Both the position numbers and the translations under genes were made by a program. From the NCBI GenBank assembly GCA_965287045.1, contig OZ336877.1:81406001-81470000 (forward strand): a stretch of 64,000 bases of DNA. The letters are read 5' to 3'. The first letter of the stretch is position 1; every line of letters starts with the position of its first letter. Positions 12,034 to 24,900 of this stretch are shown here, piece by piece. The notes beneath the pieces were generated by a model. The model saw only the letters and a list, made by a program, of their open reading frames with translations. It was not told where the DNA came from and searched no databases. This DNA is from Carcharhinus amblyrhynchos (taxonomy: Eukaryota).

Positions 12034-13419
12034 ACGGTAGCTAATTAACATTTCCACCTGGATACAAGACTCTCAGCATTCACGTTACCATGGAGATGAA
12101 CCTTAAGTGGGGAAGACTCATAGGTAGCTATTGCAGGATCAAACAATGGGTTTTCCAGATAAATCATTGAACCTCTCGGGGTCGACCTGTAAGAATCTGA
12201 GAGAGACAGTGCAGAAAGATAAAGGCAGCAAGTCTATTGTTCACCATGTAGATGCAGGTGGGAGATGGCACTTCGAGTGAAGAAACCAGATTTGTGATGG
12301 TTAGGCTGGGGGAACTGTTCTCCAATCTGTCCCTCACTGTGAAAGTCAGTTTGGGGAGTAGAAGCTATCTGGCTGGAAAAGAAAGAAAGGAGCTTTGGAC
12401 TGGTTTGCGAAGATTGAAGTGTCCACTTAAGAAACATAGTAAAGTATAACCGGGGGCTTTTTTCTCTAATTTACAGTATAAATTGCTAAATAAAATAGTG
12501 ACTAATCAATGTTACTTTTAGTTTTTTGTTACAATGAAAGACTTAAAACTTGGAATCTTGTCATATGATCCTTCCAGCCAACCACTGGAAGTTTGAATTT
12601 CTTATTAGTCTCTGCAGGAGTCGTAATAATTAAAATCACACATGGTGGGAAATACAGTAGTAAGAGTGCACATCATCTTTGGAACCAGGGTTTCAAATTG
12701 AGCCTTGTCTGTTTAAAATAAGTCTCTTATTTCAGCAGGTTGTAAGATCCCAATATAAAATGGATATGTGGAGGTTCAGTTCATTTCCTAGAAAGGATGA
12801 TCTCAACAAAGACCTTATTTAATTTGGGGGATGCAATACAAATTATGGAAGAATTAGAATGGAAAGTGTCATCCTTATGCATTTATGGTTTTAGACTGAA
12901 ATTGTGACTGAGGCAAGTTGGGACAGAAGGAGAGTTATTCTGCACCTAAACCTTCAATGCTAGATGCTGATGCTAACTGCTGAGTAGAATGTATCATTTC
13001 ACAAAATAGCTGAGAACAAAAGAATCATTAAAAAATGAGTTGGAATATTCTGTTTGAAGTAAAATACAGCAAAACAAGCAAGCAAAATAATCAAGTGCAC
13101 GGTTTCACCCAAGGCAAATCTATGAATGTAGCTTTCTTGCATTTGATTTTATACCATGTCAAATCATAAAATATCAAATTAACTTCTAAGTAGAAAACTG
13201 TATTTATACTATAGTGTCCCAAATACAGATAGTTTGTGTATCATTCTGTTCCCATATGTGGACCAAGCATGGTGTAAATGTATTATGGAACACTGGAGAG
13301 ATTTAGTTGTTTTTGCCTGACTCGAAACAGACTCAACCAATTCTGGAACCAAGGGTTCAGAGTCGCATTTTGCACTCATGATAGACAAGTAAACAACTAA
13401 TAGGGAGACAAAATGCTGC

Positions 13420-14522
13420 AACACCCATCCTCCAAGATGATGGAGTCCAGTATGTCATTGCAGAAGACAGGGCTTCTGGAATGAGGCATTCATGGTCACC
13501 TTCAGTCAGAAGTGCTGAGTGGATAATCCATCTTGACCCCCTCCGGAGGCCAGTCTTCAGACAATTTGATTCACTCCATTTGATGTCAAGAAATGGTTGA
13601 AGACACGACACAGTACATGTTGTGGGCCCTGACAACATCTCCAATGCCGAACAAAAGACTCAGCTGGAGAACTACTTGTGCCATTAGTCAAGCTATTCTA
13701 GTACAGCTACAACATGGGCATCTACCTGGTAATGTAGAAAATTGCCAGGGATGTCCTGCCCGGGGTGGGGGAGGTGGGGTGGTGAAGGAAAATTTGAACC
13801 AGCAAAATACTGCCCCCATCAATTATAAGAAAAGTGATGGAAGGTGTTGTTGACAATGCTATTAAGCAGCACTTACTCAGCAATAATCTGATCACTAATA
13901 CTCAATTTTGGTTCTGCCAGAGCCACTTGGTCAAGACTTATTTATAGCCTTGATCCTAACATGAACAAAAGTGTAGAATTTTCATGGTGAGATGAAGCTC
14001 TTGACATAAAGGCATTATTTAGCTTTGAGTGGAATCGTTGTGTCTCAGCAAAATGGAAGTTGATGGGAAAATTTTCCATTGGTTAGAATCATACCAGCAT
14101 AAAGAAAGGTTTGTGGTTGTTGGACACCAGTCATCTCAGCCCCAAGACATTGCTGTTGGGGTTCCTCAGCGTAGTGTCCTAAACCAAACCATCTTTAGTT
14201 GCTTCGTGAATGACTTTTCCTCCAGTAACAAATCCTTTAGTGAAAATTATACCACTTAGATTGGACAAGGGCAACAAATGCGTGGGAACACCATTAACTG
14301 TGATTTTTCCCCTAAATCATCCAATCCCCTAAATCACTCAATCTTGACTTGGGTCAATACTGTTATTCCTTCACTGTGTTGCTGGGTTGAAACCCTGGAT
14401 CTCCCTCCTCAACACTAATGTAGCCGCACCAAGAAGGGGCTTATGAGTCATTTGAAGTGCAATTAGGGATGGGCAATAAAGTTGGCCAGCCAACGGTATT
14501 GACCTCCCAAGAATGAATGAAA
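13420..14522 (+). mobile_element. Old CR1-clade LINE (second family), RT fragment and 3' UTR
   Basis: ORF 14029-14259 has WLESY..VVVGHQSSQPQDIAVGVPQRSVL..IFSCFVND; tail GCAATTAGGGATGGGCAATAAA. Confidence 0.85.
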
Positions 14523-14652
14523 ACAAAATGGAGTGCTTGCAAACTTAAACTGTTCTGCAGCCATTTTTTTTTCTGGGTGCTATCACTGGATGCCCGAGAG
14601 TACCAGTCAGAGTCAGGCAAAGCTTCACACCGAAAACCTCATCCTTATTCAT

Positions 14653-15150
14653 AGCTGGGATTCTCCTGTGCTGCTGAAAGTGAATAGCATTTTGGTTGGA
14701 ATACCAAATTCTCTATTCTCTCTTGCAGTGGAGTGGGCATGGATAAGATGGGAGAATCCAGCCTATTGGCAGACATTGGCTCCTGAGAGCAGGAAATGGG
14801 GGGAGGGCCAACAACGTGGTGGGTCTTTGGTGGAGAATATCCCTGAACAATTTTCCATCTTCATGCACTCCAAATGTCCTGAAAAATTGATGGACAAGTG
14901 GAACATCTATGCCTTATCTTCAAAAATGCTTCAAATATTCCTAATTATTGTAAAGTAAAATTTTTAATATCTAAATCATAGAATTTCAGGAATTTGTCTA
15001 AATCACATTTGTTTGTCTACCACCTCATTTATCTTGAAAATCTGGCAGAATTTTACGCCAATCATTTCTGTTCTTATTCGTGGCTGGAATTCTTTGGTGC
15101 TGCTGAAAGTGAATGGAGTTTTAGCTGAAACACCAAATCCTCTGAATCCC
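14653..15150. mobile_element. Two related MITE-like ends
   Basis: GCTGGGATTCTCCTGTGCTGCTGAAAGTGAATAG (~14653) and GCTGGAATTCTTTGGTGCTGCTGAAAGTGAATGG (~15082). Confidence 0.5.
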
Positions 15151-15804
15151 ACCCTTAACCTGTCCAAATATAGGTGTATGATGTAAATGTACATGACACT
15201 AGAACCCCGCTTACAGAGTGCAGTGTTTTCTGTAGATCACTGTTCAGTAAAAGCTGGCTATGCAGCACAATGAACAGGAGTGCCCCACTTGCGCTCTACA
15301 AGAACAATGTAGGATCAGAACACATTCTCCAACCCCACCCACAACTCCGACCCCTCCTCTGATCCCAGAGCTATATTTTCTTCGTGTAGAGTCAGTGAGC
15401 AGCACACCAACAGGTTTTCAGGCCATGGTGCTCACTTTGTGCAAGCTAATGGTACTGAAAATGCAGTGGGAAGTATTTTTGCTTATATCTGAGATTGCCA
15501 ACAAGTCCAGGGATAGTAAGGCTTCCTGGGATGGACATTCTAGAAGTTTCAGCTCAAAACTTCTAATGGTAATGGAAAACCTAGTATTACAGTAATAATA
15601 TTGTTCAAATCCTATTTCTGACGGTACTTAAAATGATATTTCAGATTTCTGGATTGTAGTAAGTGTTAAACTTAAAACACATTTTTTAAAATCAAATTTA
15701 AAAGTTTATTCTTCTCCTTTCCACCACTTTTTCTAGCTATTCATCATCCTCCTCCATCCCTTGATTGATTTAACTTTGTTTAATGTATACAGTTGTAACT
15801 TTTA

Positions 15805-15936
15805 TCTGGAAAATCTCAGCAGGTCTGACCGCATCTGTGAAGAGAGACTAGAGCCAATTCCCCACAGATACTATTGGGCTTGTAGAGATTTTATGTTTTT
15901 GTTTCAGATTCCAGATTCTGCAGTATTTTGTTTTTG
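15805..15936. mobile_element. Penelope-like element terminal fragment in fold-back arrangement
   Basis: CTGGAAAATCTCAGCAGGTCTG on one strand and TTTCAGATTCCAGATTCTGCAGTATTTTG on the other; same family as 31257-31392. Confidence 0.6.
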
Positions 15937-16604
15937 ACTTTTATTCATATTTTACTCAGTGGAGAAAAAGATGTGAGGTGTTTTGCATGTTTTACTGTCT
16001 CTGAACTCCCATGGTCCATTGTGAATTAGAACATTTCTCATCAAACAATTAACTGGCAAATACTCCAAAGGTTAGTTTTTCAGTTGGACAAAACCCAAAA
16101 GGATTGACAGGGTCTAATTGTTAGAATAGATTTTTCAGTATTAAAAAGAAACATGCCACTGTTGGACAAGTTGTGTTGCCTGTGGCAATCATAGTATGAT
16201 TATGTCTAGTGAGATAAATCATCTGTCTTGCAGTAGGGGTTAAGATCTGATTATGCTTTGCATCAGTAAAGAAATGAAAGACAATAGAAGCATGGGCATT
16301 TGCCACAACTCAAATATGCTAACCTTTGTGTAGAAGAGGTGGCAATTAAAGAACGTGCATCAATAATCTGTTGACTGATAGCTACCTAATTCAATAGTGA
16401 AGCAGGCTTAAATGGCCTGCTCCTCCTATTTCCTATGTTTCTATCCAAGTCTTGGGACAAAGAAATATGTTACGATGTTTGATTTTCCCGTTGAGTAAAT
16501 AATTTAACAAAGTCCATAATTTTTTTTGTAACATGAGTTTAAATAACAAAAATTAATTTAATGTCACTTGTAGTAATACATACCTAATAGAGATTAAGGT
16601 GCCC

Positions 16605-17680
16605 CATAGTAGAGTCACAGAGCACAGAAACAGGCCCTTCAGCCCAACTTGTCCATGCTGCCTTTTTTTTTTAAACTTCTAAATTAATCCCCAATGGCCC
16701 GCATTTGGTTCATATCCCTCTTTACCCATCTCATCCATGTCTAAATGATTTTTAAAAGGCAAAATTGTACCTGCCTTTACTGTTACTTCTGGCAGCTTGT
16801 TCCAGACACCCTGTGTGAAAAAATTGCCCCTCTGCACCTTTCTGTATTTTTCCCCTCTCACCTATGCTCTCTAGTTTTGGACTCCCTTATGTTTGGGAAA
16901 AGATATTGACAACCTAGTTGATCTATGCCCCTCGTTATTTTATAGACCTCAAAGATCACCTCTCAGCCTTCTACACTCCAGAGAAAAAAAGTCCTAGGAC
17001 ATCCAGCCTCTCCTTATAACTCAATCCATCAAGTCCTGGTGGCATTCTAGTAAATCTTTTCTGCACCTTTCTAGTTTAATAATATCCTTTCTATAATAGG
17101 GTGACCAGGACTGTACACAGTATTCCAAGTGTGTCCTTACCAATGTGTTGTACAACTTCAACAAGATGTCCCAACTCCTGTATTCAATGTTCTGACCAAT
17201 GAAACCAAACATGCCGAATACATTGTTCACCACTCTGCCCACCTGTGACTCCACATATACCCCTAGATCTCTTTATTCTGTAACTCTCCCCAACACCTAC
17301 CGTTAACTGAGTAAATCCTGCCCTGGTTCAATCTACCAAAATGCATTACCTCGCATTTATCTAAATTAAACTCCATCTTCCACTTGGCAACCCATTGATC
17401 AAGACCCCATTGCAATCAGAGATAACTTTCTTCACTATCCACTACGCCACCAATCTTGTTGTCATCTACAAACTTACTAACCATGCCTCCTATATCCTCA
17501 TCCAAATCATTAATATAAATGACAAATAACAGTAGCCCCAGTACTGATCCCTGAGGCACAGTGCTGGTCACAGGCCTCCAGTTTGAAAAACAATCCTCTA
17601 CAACCACCTTTTGGCTTCTGTCAAGCCAATTTTGTATTCATTTAGGTACCTCACCCTATAAACCGTGAGATTTAACCTTA
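16605..17680 (-). mobile_element. 5'-truncated CR1/HER1 LINE with frameshifts
   Basis: ORFs 17416-17607 (VPQGSVLGLLLFVIYINDLD..SKFVDD), 17021-17254 (HLEYCVQSWSP) and 16679-16861. Confidence 0.9.
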
Positions 17681-17693
17681 TCCCCTCATTGTA

Positions 17694-18060
17694 AGTGGAA
17701 TGGAATATAAAAGTAGTAATGTTTTGCTACAAATATACATTGGCAGCGAGGAGGCCATACCTGGATTATTGTCCACAGTTTTGGGTCTTCTTACTTAAGG
17801 AGGGATATAATTGTATTGAAAGCAGTTCAACGAAGGTTCAGTGGGACAATTCCTGGGATGAAGGAATTATCTTACAAGGAAAGACTGAGCATATTGAACT
17901 TAGAGTTTAGAAGACTGAACATGCATGCTAGCTTTTTGTGATTCATATGCAAGGACATGCAGCTCCCTCTGTCCTACAGCATTTTGTAGTCTCTTCCCAC
18001 TTAAATAATATTTTGCTTTTCTATTTTTCCTGCCTAAAGATTCACCCGCCATGCATTGCT
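17694..18060. mobile_element. Old CR1 fragments in opposite orientations
   Basis: 17694-17915 (+) covers the GxEYKS...EFRR region; 17917-18060 (-) covers the upstream ESQKASM region. Confidence 0.6.
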
Positions 18061-18184
18061 ACCCATAATGGGGGGGCAACCTGATTATTATACAAACCCA
18101 CTAATTATGTTACAATTAGTGGGCTTGATGGTCCATTTACTGCAGCTCCCACCATTTACCCACCTCTCCATCTGTATGATTCCA

Positions 18185-18352
18185 TTGGCTATGGGCCAAG
18201 GGCTGGTAACTGGGATTAGGTGGGAATGATGTGGAGATGCCAGCGTTGGATGGGGTAAAACGCCGGCATCTCCACACATGAGTATTAGGTGGGAAGACAG
18301 GCGTGTCCGTGTGTGTCAGTGTCAGTCTCTTTTGCATTGTATGATTCTATGA
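18185..18352 (+). mobile_element. CR1 3' tail interrupted by a 57-bp fold-back insert (18227-18283)
   Basis: GGCTATGGGCCAAGGGCTGG...TGTATGATTCTATG; the insert is flanked by direct repeats ATTAGGTGGGAA. Confidence 0.7.
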
Positions 18353-19344
18353 AATGCACCAGTTGGGCTTTGGTGCTGGTAAGTCCCTTCGAGGACACCA
18401 CAGGCATATCTACCTTGGTTAGGAACAATGGGGGTACCTGAGATACATTGAACCTTGAAGCTGATTGGGGCATGAGTAAAAATCTATTAAACTGTCAAAG
18501 CAGTGAAATTGAGAGAGGTCAAAGGTTTTCAGTAGAATAGAGAGGATTTCAGTGTGCTAGGATGGTTCAGAGATTTCAAATGAAAGTGATTACATTGGGA
18601 TCAGTGCATGGCTGTGGAGAAGGGGCCCCCACGTGAACTTGACATCTTTCCTCTGTCATAGGACTTCAAATGTGTCTGCTCACACCTGCAGCTTCTGACA
18701 GAGAGAAAGAGAAATCTCTGCTGCAGAATGGATTGCTGCAGTGATTTAAAAGACTACCAGGTGGCCGGGGACACTGAGGTTAAAGTGATCTGGTCACTTC
18801 AAAACCTTCACAGCTGAAAGATAGGATTACAGACGCTGGTCACAGAGCTGCCTGAAATCACCATGTCAGCATGATCTTGTGGTTGGACTGCCAAGTCTAG
18901 AAGGGACAGTCCAACCACAAGACCCTCATCTGGGGGAATGTGGCAATTGTCAAAGTGCGGGGCCTAACTGGGGGGTCCTGGTGGCTGAGTGGGAATCTGA
19001 GTAGGAAGGAGGCCCCAGGTTCAGGGTGGGGTCAGGTTGGGACACCCTCCTGCCTGCATAGTGTGGGAGTGGGGGGGGGAAGGCAGGCAGGCATTATTTG
19101 TGTGTTGGGGCGGGGGGGAATGCCCAGACAATAAAGTCTGTTTCAGCTTATATTTCTCATTTTGTCTGGATTTACTGGCTCTGGAGGTTTGGAAGGGCTT
19201 TGCATAACATGCTTATCCCATTAGTGAATTTGAAGATGTACTCCCAGAGGTGTCTTCTGTTGAACAAACTAACTTTATATACAAGGCTGCTTCATTGGCT
19301 GCATACTTTGAGAAGGCATTTGCCTAGTGGTATATCGCTAGACT

Positions 19345-19715
19345 AATTGAAGAGCAGGGGAGTTCACCTCAGCGTACAATTGATATCCCAAAAACAGATT
19401 ATCTGGTCATGATCAATTTCACTACCACAGAAAGCAGCGAAGGCCAAAACTTTGTATGTTTTCAAGAAGGAGTTAGATATAGCTTGAGGCAAACGGGATC
19501 ATAGGATATTGTGGGGTGGGGGGGGGGCGGAGGCGGAGGATAGTGGGATGAGGCTATTGAGTTGAGTGATCAGCCATGATCTTGATAAATGCTGGAGCAG
19601 GCTTAAAGTGCTGAATGATCTCCTGTTCCTATTTTTTATGTTTCTATGACTACACTTCAAAAGTACTTCATTGGCATTGAAGTGCTTTGAGCATCTGGTA
19701 ATTATGAGAAGTAAT
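19345..19715 (+). mobile_element. DeuSINE (SacSINE1-like) interrupted by a CR1 3' fragment (19424-19648)
   Basis: GAAGAGCAGGGGAGTT...AAAACAGATTATCTGGTCAT and TGACTACACTTCAAAAGTACTTCATTGGC lie on either side of a CR1 tail. Confidence 0.7.
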
Positions 19716-19717
19716 AT

Positions 19718-20630
19718 GTCTATGTGGAGTTTGTACCTTCTCTCCGTGTCTGCATGGTGCCCTGGTTTCCTCCCACAGTCCAAAGATGTGCAGGTTAGTT
19801 AGATTGGCCATGCTAAATTGACTCTTGGTGTCAGGGCAACTAACCAGGGTAAATAGAACATAGAAAAACTACAGCACAAACAGGCCCTTCGGTCCACAAG
19901 TTGTGCCGAACATATCTCTACCTACTAGGCTTACCTATAACCCTCAATCCTGCTAAGTCCCATGTACTCATCCAGAAGTCTCTTAAAAGACCCTATTGAA
20001 TCTGCCTCCACCACCACCGAAGGCAGCCGATTCCATGCATCCACCACCCTCTGAGTGAAAAATTTATCCCTGACATCTTCTCTGTACCAACTCCCCAGCA
20101 CCCTAAACCTGTGTTCTCTTGTGACAGCCATTTCAGCCCTGGGAAAAAGCCTCTGAGAATCCACCTGATCAATACCTCTCAACATCTTATACACCTCTAT
20201 CAGGTCACCTCTCATCCTTTGCCTCTCCAAGGAGAAAAGACTGAGCTCTCTCAACCTATCCTCATAAGGCACACCACCCAATCCAGGCAACATCCTTGTA
20301 AGTCTCCTCTGCACCCTTTCAATGGCTTCCACATCCTTCCTGTAATGAGGCAACCAGAACTGAGCACTGTACTCCAAGTGGGGTCTGACCAGGGTCTTAT
20401 ACAGCTGCAGCATTATCTCCCAACTCCTAAACTCAGTTCCTCAATTGATGAAGGCCAGAACACCATACGTCTTCTTAACCACATCCTCTACCTACGAAAC
20501 ATATTTGAGAGTCCTGTGAACCCGGACCCCAAGATCCTTCAAATACATGGAGTTAGGGCCTGAGTGGGATTGTGGTCGGTGCAGACTCAGTGCGCCAAAT
20601 GGTCTCTTTCTGCACGCTAGGATTCTGTGA
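19718..20630 (+). mobile_element. HE1-type V-SINE split by a LINE insertion
   Basis: V-domain (GGTTTCCTCCCACAGTCCAAAGATGTGCAGG) at 19718-19855 continues at 20541-20630; AAATA is duplicated at 19851 and 20541. Confidence 0.85.
19856..20540 (-). mobile_element. 5'-truncated CR1/HER1 LINE
   Basis: ORF 19931-20413 (160 aa) is the RT C-terminus; same subfamily as 49310-51011. Confidence 0.95.
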
Positions 20631-21009
20631 TTGGTGACCATATATTGATGTCTTAAATGGCTTCTTGAAAAAGCTACCAAAGCCTCCCATAGATTTATAA
20701 TTCTTCTTAAAGTAAAACAAAACATTTAACAGAAAGAGAGGGAACAATAGAGATCACTTCAGTTGTATCATTAAGATAGCTAACATTGATTTAAGGCATT
20801 CTGAACGTGCTGTAATCCCGTTTCCAACTGTTGGGGAGAGGGAATCATAAATTACTGCATTGATGTGCAGTTGGACCACCTTTCTTTATGTTGCACACCA
20901 AATTTAAGCACCCAGTTTGGGGTGGGGTGCAGGGGGGAGGAGGTGACTTTCTTGTAGATCACACTTAAACATAAATGTTGCATCTATCACAACCGGATGC
21001 TTCAAAGAC

Positions 21010-21328
21010 AGCCTTTGGAATATCGTTTGTAGTCACTGCTTTAATGAGGAAATACACACTTGCCAATTTGCACACAGCAAACTCCTAGAAACTGCAATCT
21101 GATAATGACTTGATAATATTTATTTCTGTGATGTTGATTGAGACATAAATATTGACCAGGACACTGCGGGTAACTCTCTGCTGTTTGAAATATGTCTCAA
21201 GTGAAAAATGGCAATTCTCACAGTGAAGCACTGACTTGTCAGCTAGGGTTTCGTGTTCAGGTCCTGGAGTGAGACTTGAACCCAGAATCTTCTGAGTCAG
21301 AAGCAACAGCCCTACCAGCTAAGCTGAC
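21010..21328 (-). mobile_element. DeuSINE (SacSINE1-like)
   Basis: Minus strand has a tRNA head with GGGTTCAAGTCTCACTCC and the Deu core GTGTCCTGGTCAATATTTAT...TTTGCTGTGTGCAAATTGGC. Confidence 0.75.
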
Positions 21329-21343
21329 TATGTTATTTAAAAT

Positions 21344-21494
21344 GATTAGGATTTTCTAGTCCTGCCAGTGACAGACAGACATCTGAGGCAGGATGAAAAA
21401 ATTCAGAGAGCTGGTGACTTTTAACAGTTCTCCAAATTTTCTTGTCTCACCTGGAAACTATGCCCTTCGGTGTTTAGGCTGGAAAATCCTGGCC
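21344..21494. mobile_element. MITE
   Basis: Imperfect TIRs GATTAGGATTTTCTAGTC / GGCTGGAAAATCCTGGCC. Confidence 0.55.
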
Positions 21495-21924
21495 AATATG
21501 TCTTCAGTTTGAATACGATCTCCAGATGTAATTTGCGATTAGAAGTTGGTCAAATTTGTATCTGGGGGCTTGGAGGTTTCTAAATTTGCCCCACTTGGTT
21601 GCTTTGGAGTTGAAGAAGTGACAGATGAGTGTGAATTTTTTTTTTAAATCAAGCATTTTTAACAGTGTGAAAACATACGGGCGTTGCAGTACAGAAACAT
21701 TGTGAAGACATCTGAAATGCAATTTGGTATTTTAAAAGGGATGGAATTTCAGACTGAAGGTTCAAGTTCAGAAACACGCATCCTGATTAGACATAATGAG
21801 GGCAGTTTCCTATGAGTACTGTGATACTTGAACTATTTATGAGGGTTCAGACTTGAGCAGACTAAATAATGACACTGGCAAATGCATTGGATTACAAAAT
21901 TCTTAAGCTAACTTTATTGAAATG

Positions 21925-24900
21925 ATAGCCAATGAATAGGTGAACAACATCTTACCCCCAACCTCATGAATCTTTATCATGAGCATTAACTTTTTATGTG
22001 GCACCTTACTGAATGCTCTTTTGAAATCCAAATATAGTGGATCCATTGGTTCCCTTTTTAATCATCCTCAAAAAAAACTCCAGCTAAATTTGTTGTAAGC
22101 AACTTCTGTTTTGTAAACCTGTTGACTTTGCCTGATCATACTATGATTTTCTAAGTGCATTGTTAAATTCCCTGAACAGATTAGTACGTTTTCCTAATGG
22201 CTGACATAAAGTTACCTGGTCTCTGTTTTTTTTTCTCTCTCCTTTCTTGAATACTGCAGTTTTTTTCGCTAACTTCCATTAAGCTGGGGATCTTCCAGAA
22301 TTCAGGGGATTTCATAGAACATAGAACATTACAGCGCAGTACAGGCCCTTTGGCCCTGGATGTTGCACCGACCAGTGGAACCAATGTAATGACCTAAACT
22401 ATTCTAATGTTATCCATATGCCTATCCACTGACCATTTGAACGCCCTTAAAGTTGGCGAGTCCACAACTGCTGCAGGCACGGCATTCCACACCCTTACTA
22501 CCCTCTGAGTAAAGAACCTACCTCTGACATCCGTCCTATAACTACCACCCCTTAATTTAAAGCTATGTCCCCTCGTGTTAGCCATCACCATCCGAGGTAA
22601 AAGACCCTCACTGTCCACCCTATCCAATCCTTTGATCATCTTGTATGCCTCAATTAGGTCATTTCGTAACCTTCTCTCTAATGAAAATAACCTCAAGTCC
22701 CTCAGCCTTTCCTCATACAACCTTCCCACCATACCAGGCAACATCCTGGTAAACCTTCTCTGCACCCTTTCCAACGCCTCCACATCTTTCTTATAATGCG
22801 GCGATCAGAACTGTACGCAATACTCCAAGTGCGGCCGCGCCAGAGTTTTGTACAGTTGTAACGTGACCTCATGGCTCCGAAATTCAATCCCTCTACCAAT
22901 AAAAGCTAACACACTGTACGCCTTCTTAACAACCTTATCAACCTGGGTGCCAACTTTCAGGGAGCTATGCACATGTACCCCGAGATCTCTCTGCTCGTCA
23001 ACACTACTAAGAGTCCTTCCATTAGCCCTATATTCTGTACTCCTGTTACTCTTACCAAAGTGAATCACCTCACACTTTTCCATATTAAACTCCATTTGCC
23101 ACCTCTCGGCCCAGCTCTGCAGCTTATCTATGTCCCTCTGCAAACTGTAACATCCATCCTCACGGTCTACAACTCCTCCAACTTTGGTGTCATCAGCAAA
23201 TTTACTAACCCATCCTTCTACACCCTCATCTAGGTCATTTATAAAAATGACTAACAGCAGTGGCCCCAAAACAGATTCTTGACGAACGCCACTTATAACT
23301 GAACTCCAGGTTGAATATTTCCCATAACCACCGCCCTCTGTCTTCTATCAGCTAGCCAATTCCTGATCCAAACTGCTAAATCACCCTCAATCCCATGCAT
23401 CTGCATTTTCTGCAGTAGCCTACCATGGGGAACCTTATCAAACGCTTAGCTAAAATCCATATGTGCCACATCAACTGCCTTACCCTTATCCACCTCTTTG
23501 GTCACCTTTTCAAAAAACTCGATAAGGTTTGTGAGGCACGACCTACCCTTCACAAAACCATGTTGACTATCCCTAATCAATTTATTTCCCTCTAGGTCCT
23601 ATCCCTCTAAATCCTATCCCTTATAATTCTTTCCAAAACGTTGCCCACAACAGAAGTAAGGCTCACTGGTCTATAATTCCCAAGATGGTCTTTACTCCCC
23701 TTCTTGAACAAGGGGACAACATTTGCTATCCTCCAGTCTTCCAGCACTATACCTCTAGCCAATGACGACATGAAGATCAAAGCCAAAGGCTCTGCAATCT
23801 CCTCCCTAGCCTCCCAGAGAATCCTAGAGTAAATCTCATCCGGCCCAGTGGACTTATCTATTTTCATACTTGTAAGAATTGCTAACACCTCCTCCTTATG
23901 TACCTCAATCCCGTCTAGTCTACTACCTGGTATCGCAGTATTCTCCTCGACTACACTGACTTTGTCCTGCGTGAATACTGACAAAAAATACTCATTCAAT
24001 GCCTCTCCTATCTCTTCAGGCTCCATGCACAACTTCCCACTGCTGTCTGTGACTGGCCCTAATCTTGCCCTAACCAATCTTTTATTCTTGACATACCTGT
24101 AGAAAGCTTTAGGATTTTCCTTGATCCTATCCGCCAGAGTCTTCTCATGTCCTCTTCTAAACTCTCTCTTTAGCTCCTTCCTGGCTAATTTATAACTCTC
24201 CAGTGCCCTAACTGAGCCTTCACGTCTCATCTTTACATAAGCCTCCTTCTTCCTCTTCACCAGAGATTCAACTTCCTTAGTACACCACGGTTCCCTCGCT
24301 CAACCACTTCCTCCCTGCCTGACAGGTACATATTTATCAAGGACTTGCAGTAGCTGCTCCTTGAATAAGCTCCACATTTCAGATGTTCCCAGCCCCTGCA
24401 ATTTCCTACTCCACCCTATGTATCCTAAATCTCGCCTAATAGCCTCATAATTACCTTTCCCCCAGCTATAACTTCCGCCCTTCAGTATATGCCTATCCCT
24501 TTCCATCACTAAGGTAAACGTAACTGAATTGTGGTCACTATCACCAAGTGCTCACCTACCTCCAAGTCCAACACGTGCTCTGGTTCATTACCCAGTACCA
24601 AATCCAATGTAGCCTCACCTCTTGTTGGCCTATCTACATACTGTGTCACGAAACCTTCCTGCACACATTGGACAAAAACTGACCCCTCTAACGTGCTTGA
24701 ACTATAGCTTTTCCAATCGATATTTGTAAAGTTAAAGTCCCCCGTAACAACTACCCTGTTACTTTTGCACCTATCCAGGATCATCTTTGCAATCCTTTCC
24801 TCTACATCTCTGGAACTTTTTGGAGGCCTATAGAAAACTCCCAACAGTGTGATCTCTCCTTTCCTGTTTCTAATCTCAGCGCATACTACCTCAATAGACA

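Noticed and set aside
12040-12630. Possible solo LTR (also 40380-41600)
   Set aside because: LTR-like texture only; no clear TG...CA pair, TSD or second copy.
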